A program made the translations under genes and the position numbers. A stretch of DNA of 64,000 nucleotides from Candidatus Elulimicrobium sp. Its GTDB lineage: Bacteria > Patescibacteriota > Minisyncoccia > Phycocordibacterales > UBA918. The notes under the pieces were generated by a model. That model did not search any database and was not told the DNA's origin. It was given only the letters and a program-made list of their open reading frames with translations. Below are positions 48,595 to 59,294 of this stretch, piece by piece (within the stretch, counting starts at the first letter, position 1; each line of letters opens with the position of its first letter). The stretch lies in assembly GCA_020720815.1 (NCBI GenBank), contig DYNY01000004.1, forward strand, positions 1,783 to 65,782, given 5' to 3'.

Positions 48595-49647
48595 CTAACT
48601 CGACGACCGATTTAGACCAGCATTTTGTAGTTCAGACAAAAATTCTTGCACCACTTTCTCTACTCCATTTGCTGTTTCCTGATTCATCAGTTTCAACCGT
48701 AACTCATTAGCCCCATGAAAGTCTTTGACGTAAGCTTTGTAATGCTTTTTCATAATGGCAAAGTTTTTAAATGACAGCAATTCTTCAAAAAGTTTAGTAT
48801 GCTCAACCATTACTCGTAGACGCTCTACTAATGGCAAAGTATCAACCGTAAGAGTAGGATGAAAGAGCCAAGGATTACCAAAAATTGCTCGTCCGAGCAT
48901 AACCCCATCAGCCCCAGATTGCTCGCTTTTTAATTTAGCATCACCCAAAGAGAGAGCATCCCCGTTACCAATAATTCTGGTTCGATTTATGTCATTACCT
49001 TGTAGTTCGTTACGAATTAGAACCGCGTGCTTTACTTTCTCCCAATTAGCTGGCACCTTACTCATTTCCTTGCGTGTCCGAGCATGCACAGTGATAGCGG
49101 CTGGATTTGTTGCTAATAATTTCGGTAGCCATTCTTCGAGTTGGTCTCGGTTGTAGCCAATGCGAGTTTTGACCGAGACAGGAATACCACCCTCCTCATC
49201 AGACTTAGCTCCTCTTTTCGCCGCTAAAATAATTTTTTGTGCCAACTCCGGGGTTTTTATCATTGCTGAGCCACAACCCTGTTTTTCTATCGACTTATCT
49301 GGACAACCCATATTTATATCCACTCCATCAAAGCCCATTTCTAAACACAGCTGAGAGGCTCGCTCCATATGATCTTCATTACTAGAAAAAAGTTGCGCCA
49401 CAATCGGTCTTTCCTCCTCTGCATACATCAAGTCGGCCAATAATTTCTTCTTCCCTTCCGGTGTTGCACGGATTAGACCATCGGCCGAAACAAACTCCGT
49501 CCACATCACATCCGGACCGCCGACCGTCTCATCACTTCGTACATGTGAGCTATACTTAGCAATCATCCGCCGAAATGGCGCATCCGTCACATCCGCCATG
49601 GGAGCAAGGACGAAAAAAGGCATTGGTAGTTTTTGCCAAAATGACAT
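48595..49647 (-). CDS. dus: tRNA-dihydrouridine synthase
   Basis: LAPMADVTD, DINMGCP, HARTR, GNGD, GVMLGR. Confidence 0.92.
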   Translation of the reverse strand: MSFWQKLPMPFFVLAPMADVTDAPFRRMIAKYSSHVRSDETVGGPDVMWTEFVSADGLIRATPEGKKKLLADLMYAEEERPIVAQLFSSNEDHMERASQLCLEMGFDGVDINMGCPDKSIEKQGCGSAMIKTPELAQKIILAAKRGAKSDEEGGIPVSVKTRIGYNRDQLEEWLPKLLATNPAAITVHARTRKEMSKVPANWEKVKHAVLIRNELQGNDINRTRIIGNGDALSLGDAKLKSEQSGADGVMLGRAIFGNPWLFHPTLTVDTLPLVERLRVMVEHTKLFEELLSFKNFAIMKKHYKAYVKDFHGANELRLKLMNQETANGVEKVVQEFLSELQNAGLNRSSS

Positions 49648-49686
49648 AGTTTGAATTTGTATCACACTTTTAAGAAAGACTAAAGC

Positions 49687-50565
49687 CTACTCCACAGTGG
49701 TGGTAGAAATAGCTTCAGAAGAAGTCCCTTTAAACGAGGGCTCAATTAGTTCTTCCTCATTTACAAAAACTTTTGTCCCAAAACGCAGATCAATGTATTG
49801 AAAATTTCCCGGTTTAAGATGAGAAAACTCCTTTGACTGCCGGATAGTCTCTAAATACGAAAAGGTTTTGTTAGTGTCCCTTGTCAAAGTAGCTTTAATT
49901 TCACCACCAGAGGCTAAAGTATAAAAAACATCACGTACCGCATCAATCTCAACCTTATCTATATACCACCCCGTTTCGGCTAGTGAATTCAAAAAAAATC
50001 TAGTTGCTTTGTAATCGTCTTCTGTAAATGGTCTAGTTTCCTTTTTTGGATTTAATCCTAAATAGTAGTAACGCACGAAACTCCCTCCCGCCAAATTTGG
50101 TGCCGAGCCAAAGGCATAACCGGTTTCATCTAAAAACAAGCAATCTGCATCCTCATACTCAGCATCACACCAAAGAGCTTCAGGTACGTATTCATCATAG
50201 GCTATCTTAAGAGTCTTATTATCCACCAAGGTAACCGATACATCTTTTATTCTATCAATGTTTTCTAATGCCAGAAGCGCATTTGCCTCTGGATAAGAAT
50301 ACGCAAAACGTCGTGGAATCAAACCAAGATAAGTACCCTCCAAAACTGATTCAATTGTCTTAGTTATAATCGCTGAATCAATCGTCTTTCCACCTGATAC
50401 CTCAACTGTCGCAATCGTAAAAGTATTAAGGCGAGATAAGTACCAAACTGAGGTTAAAACCAAACCAATCACAGTAAACAAAGCTAGACCAAACAAAAAT
50501 TGCTTGACCAATAAAATGGCGGCTGGATTTAGGGGTTTGCGTCGTTTACTGGGACGAGACTTCAT
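49687..50565 (-). CDS. FtsQ/DivIB-like POTRA protein
   Basis: Basic N-terminus, TM, IATVEVSG, YIDLRFG C-terminal motif. Confidence 0.7.
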   Translation of the reverse strand: MKSRPSKRRKPLNPAAILLVKQFLFGLALFTVIGLVLTSVWYLSRLNTFTIATVEVSGGKTIDSAIITKTIESVLEGTYLGLIPRRFAYSYPEANALLALENIDRIKDVSVTLVDNKTLKIAYDEYVPEALWCDAEYEDADCLFLDETGYAFGSAPNLAGGSFVRYYYLGLNPKKETRPFTEDDYKATRFFLNSLAETGWYIDKVEIDAVRDVFYTLASGGEIKATLTRDTNKTFSYLETIRQSKEFSHLKPGNFQYIDLRFGTKVFVNEEELIEPSFKGTSSEAISTTTVE

Positions 50566-50618
50566 GTGCCAGTATGGTAACACGCACTACTTTAGTACAA
50601 CAACTGACTAAAAGACAA

Positions 50619-51884
50619 TTAGGAAATAACCTCCTTACCCATAAATGGTCGCAGTACTTCCGGAATCACGATTGAACCATCAGCTTGTTGGAAGTTTTCT
50701 AGCAAAGACACCAAAATACGAGGAGTTGGGATGGCCGTACAGTTTAATGAATGGGCGTAACGCATCTTTCCTTCATCATCGCGGTAGCGAATATTGAAGC
50801 GGCGAGTTTGGAAGTCGTGGAAATATGAAGCTGAACTAATCTCACGATAGGTCTTTTCCCCCGGTACCCACAGCTCAATATCATATTTCTTTACTTGACC
50901 CTGACCCAAATCACCACCACAATTTAACACCGTGCGGTATGGGATACCGAGTGATTCGATAAACTCTTCCGTATTACTATTTATCCATTCATGCCAGCGG
51001 ACACTTTCTTCGTGTGAAGCTTCACACAGTAACACTTGCTCTAGCTTGAAAAATTCATGGACTCGAATCAAACCTTTGGTATCCTTACCATGACTACCTG
51101 CTTCCCTTCGATAGCAAGGTGAAAAAGCCAAAAACTTCATCGGTAGCTCTGCTTTATCTATCACCTCATCACTGTATAGTCCCATTATGGAAACTTCACT
51201 GGTACCGATTAGGTAATCCTCATCTTGAGTTTTATAAACATCTTCTGCATCATTTGGCAGGTGGCCAGTACCATATAAATTACTCTTACGAACTATGGCC
51301 GGGACCAAAAGCGGTTCAAAACCCTTAGCTAAGAAAAATTGATTAGCGTAGTTCCAAATCGCCCAAGAGAGGCGGGCACCGTCACCACGCAAATAATAGC
51401 CACGAAAACCATGCACTTTCACTCCACGTTCGAAGTCAGCCATCTTGTGCTTAGTCATAAGGGCGACGTGATCCTGAGACGGAAAAGAGAACTGGGTTTG
51501 TTCACCCCAGAGTTTGACCTCCATGTTATCTGCGTCACTGGTTCCGTCTGGTACCGACATGTCTGGCACGTTAGGGACCTGCAACATCAACTTCTGCCAC
51601 TCTTCCATGATTGTCCGAAGTGCTTCCTCATCTTTTTGTATCTCAACTTTAAGGGCCTGCATTTCAATTATTAACTGCTCGCGCATAGCGCCATCACTAC
51701 CAGCACTGGCAATATTGACCGATACTCGGTTTTGCTCGGCCTTCTTAGTTTCAAGCAAGGTCATGCGTTCTCGCCTCTGGTCGTCAACAACCAGAAGTCT
51801 ATCGATATCGACCAGGATCTTTTTCTTCACGGCCGCCAGCTTCACAATTTCGGCATTTTCTCTAATGAATTTAATATCTAACAT
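50619..51884 (-). CDS. serS: Serine--tRNA ligase
   Basis: MLDIKFIREN, GTSE, YRREAG..GKDTKGLIRVHEF, YREISS. Confidence 0.97.
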   Translation of the reverse strand: MLDIKFIRENAEIVKLAAVKKKILVDIDRLLVVDDQRRERMTLLETKKAEQNRVSVNIASAGSDGAMREQLIIEMQALKVEIQKDEEALRTIMEEWQKLMLQVPNVPDMSVPDGTSDADNMEVKLWGEQTQFSFPSQDHVALMTKHKMADFERGVKVHGFRGYYLRGDGARLSWAIWNYANQFFLAKGFEPLLVPAIVRKSNLYGTGHLPNDAEDVYKTQDEDYLIGTSEVSIMGLYSDEVIDKAELPMKFLAFSPCYRREAGSHGKDTKGLIRVHEFFKLEQVLLCEASHEESVRWHEWINSNTEEFIESLGIPYRTVLNCGGDLGQGQVKKYDIELWVPGEKTYREISSASYFHDFQTRRFNIRYRDDEGKMRYAHSLNCTAIPTPRILVSLLENFQQADGSIVIPEVLRPFMGKEVIS

Positions 51885-51948
51885 ACAAAAACAATTCCAT
51901 TAATTACGTAAAATTGATTATAGCGTACTTACCCAAAAAAGTAGACAT

Positions 51949-51978
51949 AAAAAACCCGCCATGGTGGTGGCGGGTCTT
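51949..51978 (-). terminator. Rho-independent terminator
   Basis: acccgcca/tggcgggt stem with minus-strand T tract. Confidence 0.6.
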
Positions 51979-52035
51979 GGTGGTGGCCATGTTGGCCGAA
52001 AGGATAGCTGACAGCTACCAGCGAATATCGGCTTT

Positions 52036-52614
52036 TCATGCCGCCACCATGTTCTGGTCGGTGTTCTCCAGAAATTCAGCCCTACGGCGCATGATTTCAC
52101 TCGACATCTTATAGTCAAGTACCATGAGAACGGCGGGTGCCTTATCGAGACCTTTCGTTCCTTCAGTCCGAGCCAGTTCAACCGCACCATAACGCCGGTA
52201 CAACCCGACGTGGTTAGGATTGACCATCATCACTGCGACGCTGACGTCGTTGGTGAGCGACCACTCAGTTACCGCGGAGGCCAGCAATTGCTTGCCGACC
52301 AGCTTGCCTTGCAAATTGGGAATGACGGCAAACTTGCCGAAATAACCAATTCGTCCACCATACTTCTCACGAAGGACTCGCATCTCCTTCGGAAATACCA
52401 GATCAGTAGGCAAGGCCTCGTTGTCCCTGGAACACATGAGCGTTCCGGTGGGCACACCGGAACGTGTCACCATAAGTACATCACTTTGAAGTTTCCGCTT
52501 CTCAGCGAAGTAAGCACGGAGTGCGCCTACTATTCCAAGTGGATGATAATACCCCAACTTGGCGTACGCAACGAAAACAATCGTCGCGCAAACTATATGT
52601 TGTAGAACAATCAT
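52036..52614 (-). CDS. GNAT-fold acyltransferase (FeeM/N-acyl amino acid synthase-like)
   Basis: AYAKLGY, QGKLVGKQL, VNPNHVGLYRRYG, APAVLM; GC-richer than flanks. Confidence 0.6.
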   Translation of the reverse strand: MIVLQHIVCATIVFVAYAKLGYYHPLGIVGALRAYFAEKRKLQSDVLMVTRSGVPTGTLMCSRDNEALPTDLVFPKEMRVLREKYGGRIGYFGKFAVIPNLQGKLVGKQLLASAVTEWSLTNDVSVAVMMVNPNHVGLYRRYGAVELARTEGTKGLDKAPAVLMVLDYKMSSEIMRRRAEFLENTDQNMVAA

Positions 52615-52767
52615 GGTTCTCTCCAGTGGACCTACTAAATGTGGGGGATAACCTCCCCGCACGGTCCGATAAATGCTTGGAGGTCCCGGAGGAGCAAACT
52701 AGAGGTAGTCTATCATATATTTGACAAAAAGTCAATGTAGTGCCGAGTGGTGTATAATAATCTACAT

Positions 52768-53634
52768 ATGGACAGCAAATATCCAATCGAATCTATCCCT
52801 CTCTTAGAATTTCCTCCCCTTCTGCACGAAATCCCCGACCCACCAAAAAATCTTTGGTACCAAGGTAATCTTCCCCCGGAAGAATTAAAGTTACTGGCTG
52901 TGGTCGGCTCAAGGAAATACACCAGCTACGCCAAACAAGTAATTGATTATTTATTTACCGGCCTCCGCGGTTACCCAATAGCTATCATTTCGGGTCTGGC
53001 ACTTGGGGTAGATGGTCTTGCTCATGAAGCGGCTATAAAAAATAACTTGTATACCTTGGCTATACCAGGTAGTGGACTAGACCCAAGCGTGCTTTATCCT
53101 AGCTGTCACCGCCAATTAGCCGAAGATATTTTAAAACATGGTGGTGGCTTGTTATCAGAATATTCACCCGAAACCACGGCTGCCCCATGGACCTTTCCAC
53201 AACGCAACCGCATAATGGCCGGACTAACCCACGCCACCTTACTCATTGAAGCCGGGGCAAAATCCGGTACCCTTATCACAGCTCGCCTAGCTGTAGACTA
53301 CAACCGCGAACTTTTGGCTGTCCCAGGCAACATCTTTTCTAGTAATTCATACGGTACACACCAATTCATAAAACTCGGTGCTACCGTAATAACCGAGCCG
53401 GAAGACATAATCATAGCCCTTGGTTTAGAGCCAGAAAGTTCGGCCGTAAAAACTCGCTCCGTACTTTCATTAACTGAAGAAAAGGTTATCAATCTACTCA
53501 ACGAACCAAGAGATAAAGATGACCTTATCCGTGCCCTCTCTCTACCACCCGGAGAAGCAAATATTTTGCTTATGCAGATGGAAATGAAAGGTTATATTGC
53601 TTATAACTCTCCCCTCTATTATAACCTCATATAA
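52768..53634 (+). CDS. dprA: DNA-processing protein DprA
   Basis: AVVGSRK, ISGLALGVDG, FPQRNRIMAG, SGTLITA. Confidence 0.95.
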   Translation: MDSKYPIESIPLLEFPPLLHEIPDPPKNLWYQGNLPPEELKLLAVVGSRKYTSYAKQVIDYLFTGLRGYPIAIISGLALGVDGLAHEAAIKNNLYTLAIPGSGLDPSVLYPSCHRQLAEDILKHGGGLLSEYSPETTAAPWTFPQRNRIMAGLTHATLLIEAGAKSGTLITARLAVDYNRELLAVPGNIFSSNSYGTHQFIKLGATVITEPEDIIIALGLEPESSAVKTRSVLSLTEEKVINLLNEPRDKDDLIRALSLPPGEANILLMQMEMKGYIAYNSPLYYNLI

Positions 53635-53703
53635 TAAGGTTATACTGCAAAACTATTTGACAGATGACCTCAATCCTAGTATTTGTTACAGGACTTCATT
53701 CTT

Positions 53704-56064
53704 ATGAGCGCATACACTTTAGTTATAGTTGAGTCCCCAGCCAAAGCTAAGACCATCGAAAAATACCTCGGTAGTGATTACCGTGTCCTGTCCTCAATTG
53801 GCCACGTCCGTGACTTACCAAAGAGTAATAATGACGCGGTTGATATTGAGGCTGGCTTTGTTCCACGCTATATTATTTCACCCGGGAAAGACAAAGTTAT
53901 TGCTGGACTAAAAAGTGCCGCCAGGAAAGCTAAAGAAGTATTGTTGGCTTCCGACCCCGACCGCGAGGGTGAAGCGATTGCTTGGCATATTGCCGAGCTA
54001 GTAAAAGATGATAACCCCAACCTCAAACGAGTGGCTTTCAATGAAATTACCGAAGCGGCGGTAAAAGACGCCATAGCTCACCCACGTGATCTGGATATTA
54101 ACCTCAAAGAAGCCCAAGAGGCTAGACGCGTGCTTGATCGTTTGGTGGGTTACGACCTATCTGGTTTGATTTGGAAAAAAGTCCGCTACGGTCTTTCGGC
54201 CGGTCGTGTACAATCACCAGCTTTGCGTATCTTGATGGAACGCGAACGCGAAATTCGAGCTTTTATACCGGAAGATTTTTATACACTGACGGCCAACACC
54301 AAGGCTGGCAAAATGCAGATACCATTTATCTGTACCACGGAGCCGACCGAAAAAGCGGAAGCGGAAAGAATTAAGAAAGTTGGGGAAGCTAATGATTGGC
54401 AGATTACTGATCTTAAAGAAAACGAAGCCAAACGTTCACCCCGTCCACCATTCACCACTTCCACTCTCCAGCAAGTAGCCTCAACTAGGCTTGGTTTTTC
54501 TCCTTCTCGCACTATGGGTGCCGCCCAGAAATTATACGAAGCCGGCTTCATCACCTATATGCGTACAGACAGTACGACTATTAGTGCTATAGCACAGAAG
54601 CAAATCATCGCTCTAGTAAATAATGACTTCGGAAAAGATTACGTCGCTCCCCGACAATACAAAACAAAGAGTAAATCCGCTCAGGAAGCGCACGAAGCGA
54701 TTAGACCAACCAACTTTGTCAAGCGTGGTGCCGGTGGTACCGCCGACCAAAAAGCCCTCTATGAACTAATTTGGCGACGAGCAGTAGCTTCGCAAATGGC
54801 TGATGCGGTAATGAAGCGAGCCAAGCTAATTGCTAACATTACTAACTCCAATGAAACTATCCCGGACTTTGCCATTAATGGTTCACGTGTCCTTTTCCCT
54901 GGTTGGCTAGCGGTGGATATCATGGCTCGTGGTGAAGATACTGAAGTACCAAAGTTAGCTATTGGTGACACCCTTGCACTTTCTAGTGTAGATATCGAGG
55001 CTAAACAAACACAACCACCTAATCGATATAGTGAAGCTGGCTTGATTAAAGAACTAGAAAAACGCGGTATCGGCCGACCATCTACTTACGCCTCAATCAT
55101 GAAGACTATTATTGATCGTGGCTACGTGATTAAAGAAGGACGTACGCTTATCCCAACCGATACTGGAGATGTTGTTTCTTCATTTTTAGAACAACATTTT
55201 AATAATTATATTAGTGATACTTTTACCAGTGAAATGGAAGACGAACTGGATGAAATTGCTGACGGTAAAAGGACTTACGTAAAGACTTTGACTGACTTTT
55301 ACTTCCCTTTCCATAAAGCTATCGAGGCCAAAGCTGACATTGAAAAACTAACAAATCTTGGTGCTGGACCAAAACAATTTCCTTGTCCACTATGTCAAGC
55401 CGGAATGATTATTAAGCTTGGGCGGTCTGGTACTTTTCTGTCCTGCGAAAGATTCCCTGATTGTAATGGATCGCGCCTCATAGACGGTAGTGAGCTTAAG
55501 CCTGAAGCCCCACTTGGTCTGCATCCTGATAAAAATGAACCAATTTACTTGCTTAACGGCAAGTTTGGCCCCTACGTGCAACTAGGAGAAACGCCTGAGA
55601 AAAAGAAGGGTAAGAAACAACCTTCACCCAAGCGAGCTGGTCTACCAGCCGGCGTAAAACCAGAAGATGTTACCTTGACTGATGCAATTAAGTATTTAAC
55701 TTTGCCACGTGAACTTGGGCTTCACGAAACTACCAATGAACCAATTATGGCAAATACCGGACAATACGGTCCTTACCTGGCTCACGCTGGTGATTTTCGT
55801 TCACTAAAAGGAAGTGACGACCCATACACTATCACTTACGAAAGAGCCCTTGAAATTTACAAAGAAGCTAAACAAACACGTAAAGGTGAAAAACTTCTAA
55901 AGGAACTCGGGGTAAATCCAACCACCAAAAAACTAATAAATGTTTTTGAATCAAAATCCGGGCGTTATCTCAAAAAAGGCTTCAAACGTATTAGTATTCC
56001 TGATGAAGTTGCGACCCCAGATATCACTCTTGAAGTGGCGATAGAATTACTAAAACGCGGTTAG
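53704..56064 (+). CDS. topA: DNA topoisomerase I
   Basis: IVESPAKAK, DPDREGE, SAGRVQS, ITYMRTDS. Confidence 0.97.
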   Translation: MSAYTLVIVESPAKAKTIEKYLGSDYRVLSSIGHVRDLPKSNNDAVDIEAGFVPRYIISPGKDKVIAGLKSAARKAKEVLLASDPDREGEAIAWHIAELVKDDNPNLKRVAFNEITEAAVKDAIAHPRDLDINLKEAQEARRVLDRLVGYDLSGLIWKKVRYGLSAGRVQSPALRILMEREREIRAFIPEDFYTLTANTKAGKMQIPFICTTEPTEKAEAERIKKVGEANDWQITDLKENEAKRSPRPPFTTSTLQQVASTRLGFSPSRTMGAAQKLYEAGFITYMRTDSTTISAIAQKQIIALVNNDFGKDYVAPRQYKTKSKSAQEAHEAIRPTNFVKRGAGGTADQKALYELIWRRAVASQMADAVMKRAKLIANITNSNETIPDFAINGSRVLFPGWLAVDIMARGEDTEVPKLAIGDTLALSSVDIEAKQTQPPNRYSEAGLIKELEKRGIGRPSTYASIMKTIIDRGYVIKEGRTLIPTDTGDVVSSFLEQHFNNYISDTFTSEMEDELDEIADGKRTYVKTLTDFYFPFHKAIEAKADIEKLTNLGAGPKQFPCPLCQAGMIIKLGRSGTFLSCERFPDCNGSRLIDGSELKPEAPLGLHPDKNEPIYLLNGKFGPYVQLGETPEKKKGKKQPSPKRAGLPAGVKPEDVTLTDAIKYLTLPRELGLHETTNEPIMANTGQYGPYLAHAGDFRSLKGSDDPYTITYERALEIYKEAKQTRKGEKLLKELGVNPTTKKLINVFESKSGRYLKKGFKRISIPDEVATPDITLEVAIELLKRG

Positions 56065-56104
56065 TGTACTTGTCTTTAGTCTCGGTTGTGCCTACAATTA
56101 AGAA

Positions 56105-57649
56105 ATGGAAGTAAATGACATAATTGTCCAACTCAACAGTCCAACTGAGACTGACAAAGCGCTTGTTAAAGAGGCCTATGATTTTGCTGCGAAGGCTCAT
56201 GCTAACCACACTCGTTACTCTGGAGAACCCTATCTTAATCACCTAACCGCTGTTGGTAAAAAATTAGCCGAGATGGGTATGGGAGCCCGTACCATCGCAG
56301 CCGGACTACTTCACGATACTATTGAAGACACCGAAGCAACCCCTGAAGATATAAAGGAAAAATTTGGTGAAGAAATTTTGTTTTTAGTTGAGGGTGTAAC
56401 AAAGTTAAGTTCTGTCCGGTATTACGGAAGCGATCGGCATAATGAGAGTTTGCGTAAACTCTTCGTTGCGACTAGCCAAGACATACGAGTCTTAATCATC
56501 AAACTAGCCGATCGTCTACACAACATGCAGACACTACAATTTGTACCCGCCGAAAAACAACTACGCATCGCACGCGAAACTTTAGAAGTATATGTACCAG
56601 TGGCCCACCGCCTGGGGATGGGTAAAATTCGCAAGGAACTGGAAGATCTAGCCTTTCCTTACGTCTACCCCAAAGAATATAATCACGTATTTAAACTACT
56701 ACAAAGTCGGGCCGGTAAATCAAACGAACTATTGGAAAGAGAACGCAAAGTTCTTCAAAAGAGATTAGCTGAAATTGGCCTACTTGACTTTAATACATCT
56801 TACCGAGTCAAAGGATTGTACAGTCTTTACCATAAATTAAAACGCAAGGAATGGGATATAAATGCTGTCTACGACCTCTTGGCGATGCGTGTAATAGTAC
56901 CAACAGTTGAGGACTGTTACCGAGCTCTAGGCATCATCCACAAACTCTGGCGACCTCTGCCTGGTCGAGTAAAAGACTATATTGCCTTCCCAAAACCTAA
57001 TGGCTATCAATCACTCCATACCACCGTCGCCACCCCAAACGGAGTAATTTTAGAGATTCAAATCCGCACCAGAAAAATGCACCATGAATCTGAGTTTGGT
57101 ATTGCTTCCCATATCACTTACAAAGAGCCAATAGTATCCGGTGAAGAAGTTGACAGGCCGTCACGTTTTGCCAGTCTGATACCAGCTTTATTTAAACCAT
57201 TTACTAGGAGAAATAACAGCAGTAATGATTTAAAGAAAGTAACCAAGAGCCCACATCGAGATAAAATACCTCGCTGGATATCACAAATTGCCAATGTACA
57301 TAATGAAGAAAAAACTTCCACGGCAGAATTTGTTGAAGACATGCAGAAAGATTTTTTCAGTAACCGAATCTTTGTTTTTACTCCGGTTGGTGATGTGGTG
57401 GATTTACCGGTTGGTGCCACTCCTATAGATTTTGCCTACGCCATTCATTCTGAAGTTGGCGATCACACTTCTGGTGCAATGGTAAACCGTAAGCTAGTAC
57501 AACTAGACACCGAACTATGTAATGGCGACATCGTAGAAATCGAAACTCGAAAATCTTCTCACCCTACCAAAAAATGGTTACCCATCGCAAAAACATCTCT
57601 CGCTCGTCGGAAAATAAGGTCTTCGGTAGAAAAAGAAACTCACCCTTAG
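56105..57649 (+). CDS. RelA/SpoT-family (p)ppGpp hydrolase/synthetase with TGS domain (short form)
   Basis: LLHDTIEDT, KDYIAFPKPNGYQSLHT, EIQIRT, TPIDFAYAIHS. Confidence 0.9.
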   Translation: MEVNDIIVQLNSPTETDKALVKEAYDFAAKAHANHTRYSGEPYLNHLTAVGKKLAEMGMGARTIAAGLLHDTIEDTEATPEDIKEKFGEEILFLVEGVTKLSSVRYYGSDRHNESLRKLFVATSQDIRVLIIKLADRLHNMQTLQFVPAEKQLRIARETLEVYVPVAHRLGMGKIRKELEDLAFPYVYPKEYNHVFKLLQSRAGKSNELLERERKVLQKRLAEIGLLDFNTSYRVKGLYSLYHKLKRKEWDINAVYDLLAMRVIVPTVEDCYRALGIIHKLWRPLPGRVKDYIAFPKPNGYQSLHTTVATPNGVILEIQIRTRKMHHESEFGIASHITYKEPIVSGEEVDRPSRFASLIPALFKPFTRRNNSSNDLKKVTKSPHRDKIPRWISQIANVHNEEKTSTAEFVEDMQKDFFSNRIFVFTPVGDVVDLPVGATPIDFAYAIHSEVGDHTSGAMVNRKLVQLDTELCNGDIVEIETRKSSHPTKKWLPIAKTSLARRKIRSSVEKETHP

Positions 57650-58998
57650 ACAGAAAAGTGTCGGATGGTATAGATGTCACTATCATCTTCATCATTAGTA
57701 GAAGTAGCAGGAGTTGATTGCTCTATTTCTTCTGCAGACTCGATAGCTACTAACTCCGACACTAATTCATTGTTTTCTAAACTACTTCGATCTAATTCTT
57801 CCGGTAGAGTAATTGACTCCCCCACTCCTTCACTTAAAATAGCTGGCTCTACCGCTGAGGCAACTTCCTCACTAATATCCACCACCAGTTGTGGTTCTGT
57901 CACCAAATAATTCGGGTTAATTTCTGACAGGTTCTCTGGTCTAGTTTCTTCAAAATATGGTGAAACTTGATTGACTGTCTCGGGAGCAAGCAAAGCTTCA
58001 TCGGTAGCACTCATGATAGTGTCATATTTCTCTTCCTCGGTGTGACTATCTTCTTCATTTGTAACAACTTCATCAGTTGTGAGTGTTTCATTGGGCAGAG
58101 AACTATATTGTAGTGGGGTATTAGTAACCAAAGCTTCTAGCTGAACATTTTGCTCTATTTTTGATGTAGGTGTCTCAGTTTCCATTCTCAGGAGCATTGA
58201 CTCAAGATCTTCCACGGTGAAATAATCTATAGTAAGCCGACCACCATAATCAGTTTTTTGAATTTGCACTCTGGTTCCAAGTGTCTCCATAAACTTCTTC
58301 TCCATCTCGATTAAATCAGCGCCGATATCATAAGGATTAGTTTTCCTTACTTTTTCGGTAGCAATTTTGCGCACAATTCTCTCCACTTCACGCACCGATA
58401 TTTTCTTTAACAAAATCTCCCGAAAGACCACATCTTGTTCTTCTGGTCTATCATTTAGCATCAAAAGTGTCCTGGCATGCCCTTCGGATATTTCTGCCAG
58501 TCGCAGAGATTTAAGCATATAATCAGGTAGACCTAGTAGACGGATAGAGTTAGAAACATATTCACGACTACGTCCGACTTTTTTAGCGACTTGACTATGG
58601 GATAACCCAAACACATCAGACAACTGTCGAAAGGCTAAGGCTCGATCGACTGAATTTAAATCTTCCCGCTGTAGGTTTTCAATAATCGCCAACTCAAGCT
58701 TCTCTTGTTCGCTGTCTTCACCCTCACGAATGATAACCGGAACCTGACTAAGACCAGCTAGCTTACTGGCTCGCAAGCGTCTTTCACCCGCAATCAACTC
58801 ATACTCAGTATAGAAAGTTCCATCCTCACGCTGTATCTCATTGCGTGTGACAGTAAGTGGTTGCAAGATGCCATACATCCTGACTGAGTCGGCTAGTTCA
58901 CGCAATTTTTGTTCATCAAACTCACGCCGTGGTTGAAACGGATTAGGTACTATTTTTTCTACCTCCACCCAGTAAATTGAATCTCCTTGAAAAGCCAT
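57646..58998 (-). CDS. parB: ParB/Spo0J partition protein with acidic tail
   Basis: PNPFQPRREF, GILQPL, IAGERRLRA, IIENLQREDL; start placed at ATG 58998. Confidence 0.92.
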   Translation of the reverse strand: MAFQGDSIYWVEVEKIVPNPFQPRREFDEQKLRELADSVRMYGILQPLTVTRNEIQREDGTFYTEYELIAGERRLRASKLAGLSQVPVIIREGEDSEQEKLELAIIENLQREDLNSVDRALAFRQLSDVFGLSHSQVAKKVGRSREYVSNSIRLLGLPDYMLKSLRLAEISEGHARTLLMLNDRPEEQDVVFREILLKKISVREVERIVRKIATEKVRKTNPYDIGADLIEMEKKFMETLGTRVQIQKTDYGGRLTIDYFTVEDLESMLLRMETETPTSKIEQNVQLEALVTNTPLQYSSLPNETLTTDEVVTNEEDSHTEEEKYDTIMSATDEALLAPETVNQVSPYFEETRPENLSEINPNYLVTEPQLVVDISEEVASAVEPAILSEGVGESITLPEELDRSSLENNELVSELVAIESAEEIEQSTPATSTNDEDDSDIYTIRHFSV

Positions 58999-59116
58999 AA
59001 AATAAATATGAATTACCCAAAAACAGGTCTTTAACCTGTTCAATCTTAATATTCTAACACAACTCAAAACTTGCCTGTTTATAACTTGGTGGTTTTCTGC
59101 TAGACTGATGCACATT

Positions 59117-59201
59117 GCCTCGGTGGCGGAATTGGTATACGCGCACGACTCAAAATCGTGTATCGCAAGGTGTGAGGGTTCGACCCCCTCCCGAGGCACC
59201 A
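59117..59201 (+). tRNA. tRNA-Leu(CAA)
   Basis: GCCTCGG/CCGAGGC acceptor stem, cacga-ctCAAaa-tcgtg anticodon arm, variable arm, encoded CCA. Confidence 0.95.
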
Positions 59202-59243
59202 TTACATAAGAACTCAGCTTTTAGCTGGGTTTTTGTGTAATGG
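59199..59243 (+). terminator. Hairpin after tRNA-Leu
   Basis: ccattacataagaactcagct/agctgggtttttgtgtaatgg. Confidence 0.55.
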
Positions 59244-59294
59244 TCTATGTTATATAAATTTCAGAGTTTTCTCAGCATTTGCTAGAATGGCCAC

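Noticed and set aside
58999-59202. N-terminal extension of ParB (MVPREGVEPSH...)
   Set aside because: It is the antisense reading of tRNA-Leu; ParB homology starts at ATG 58998
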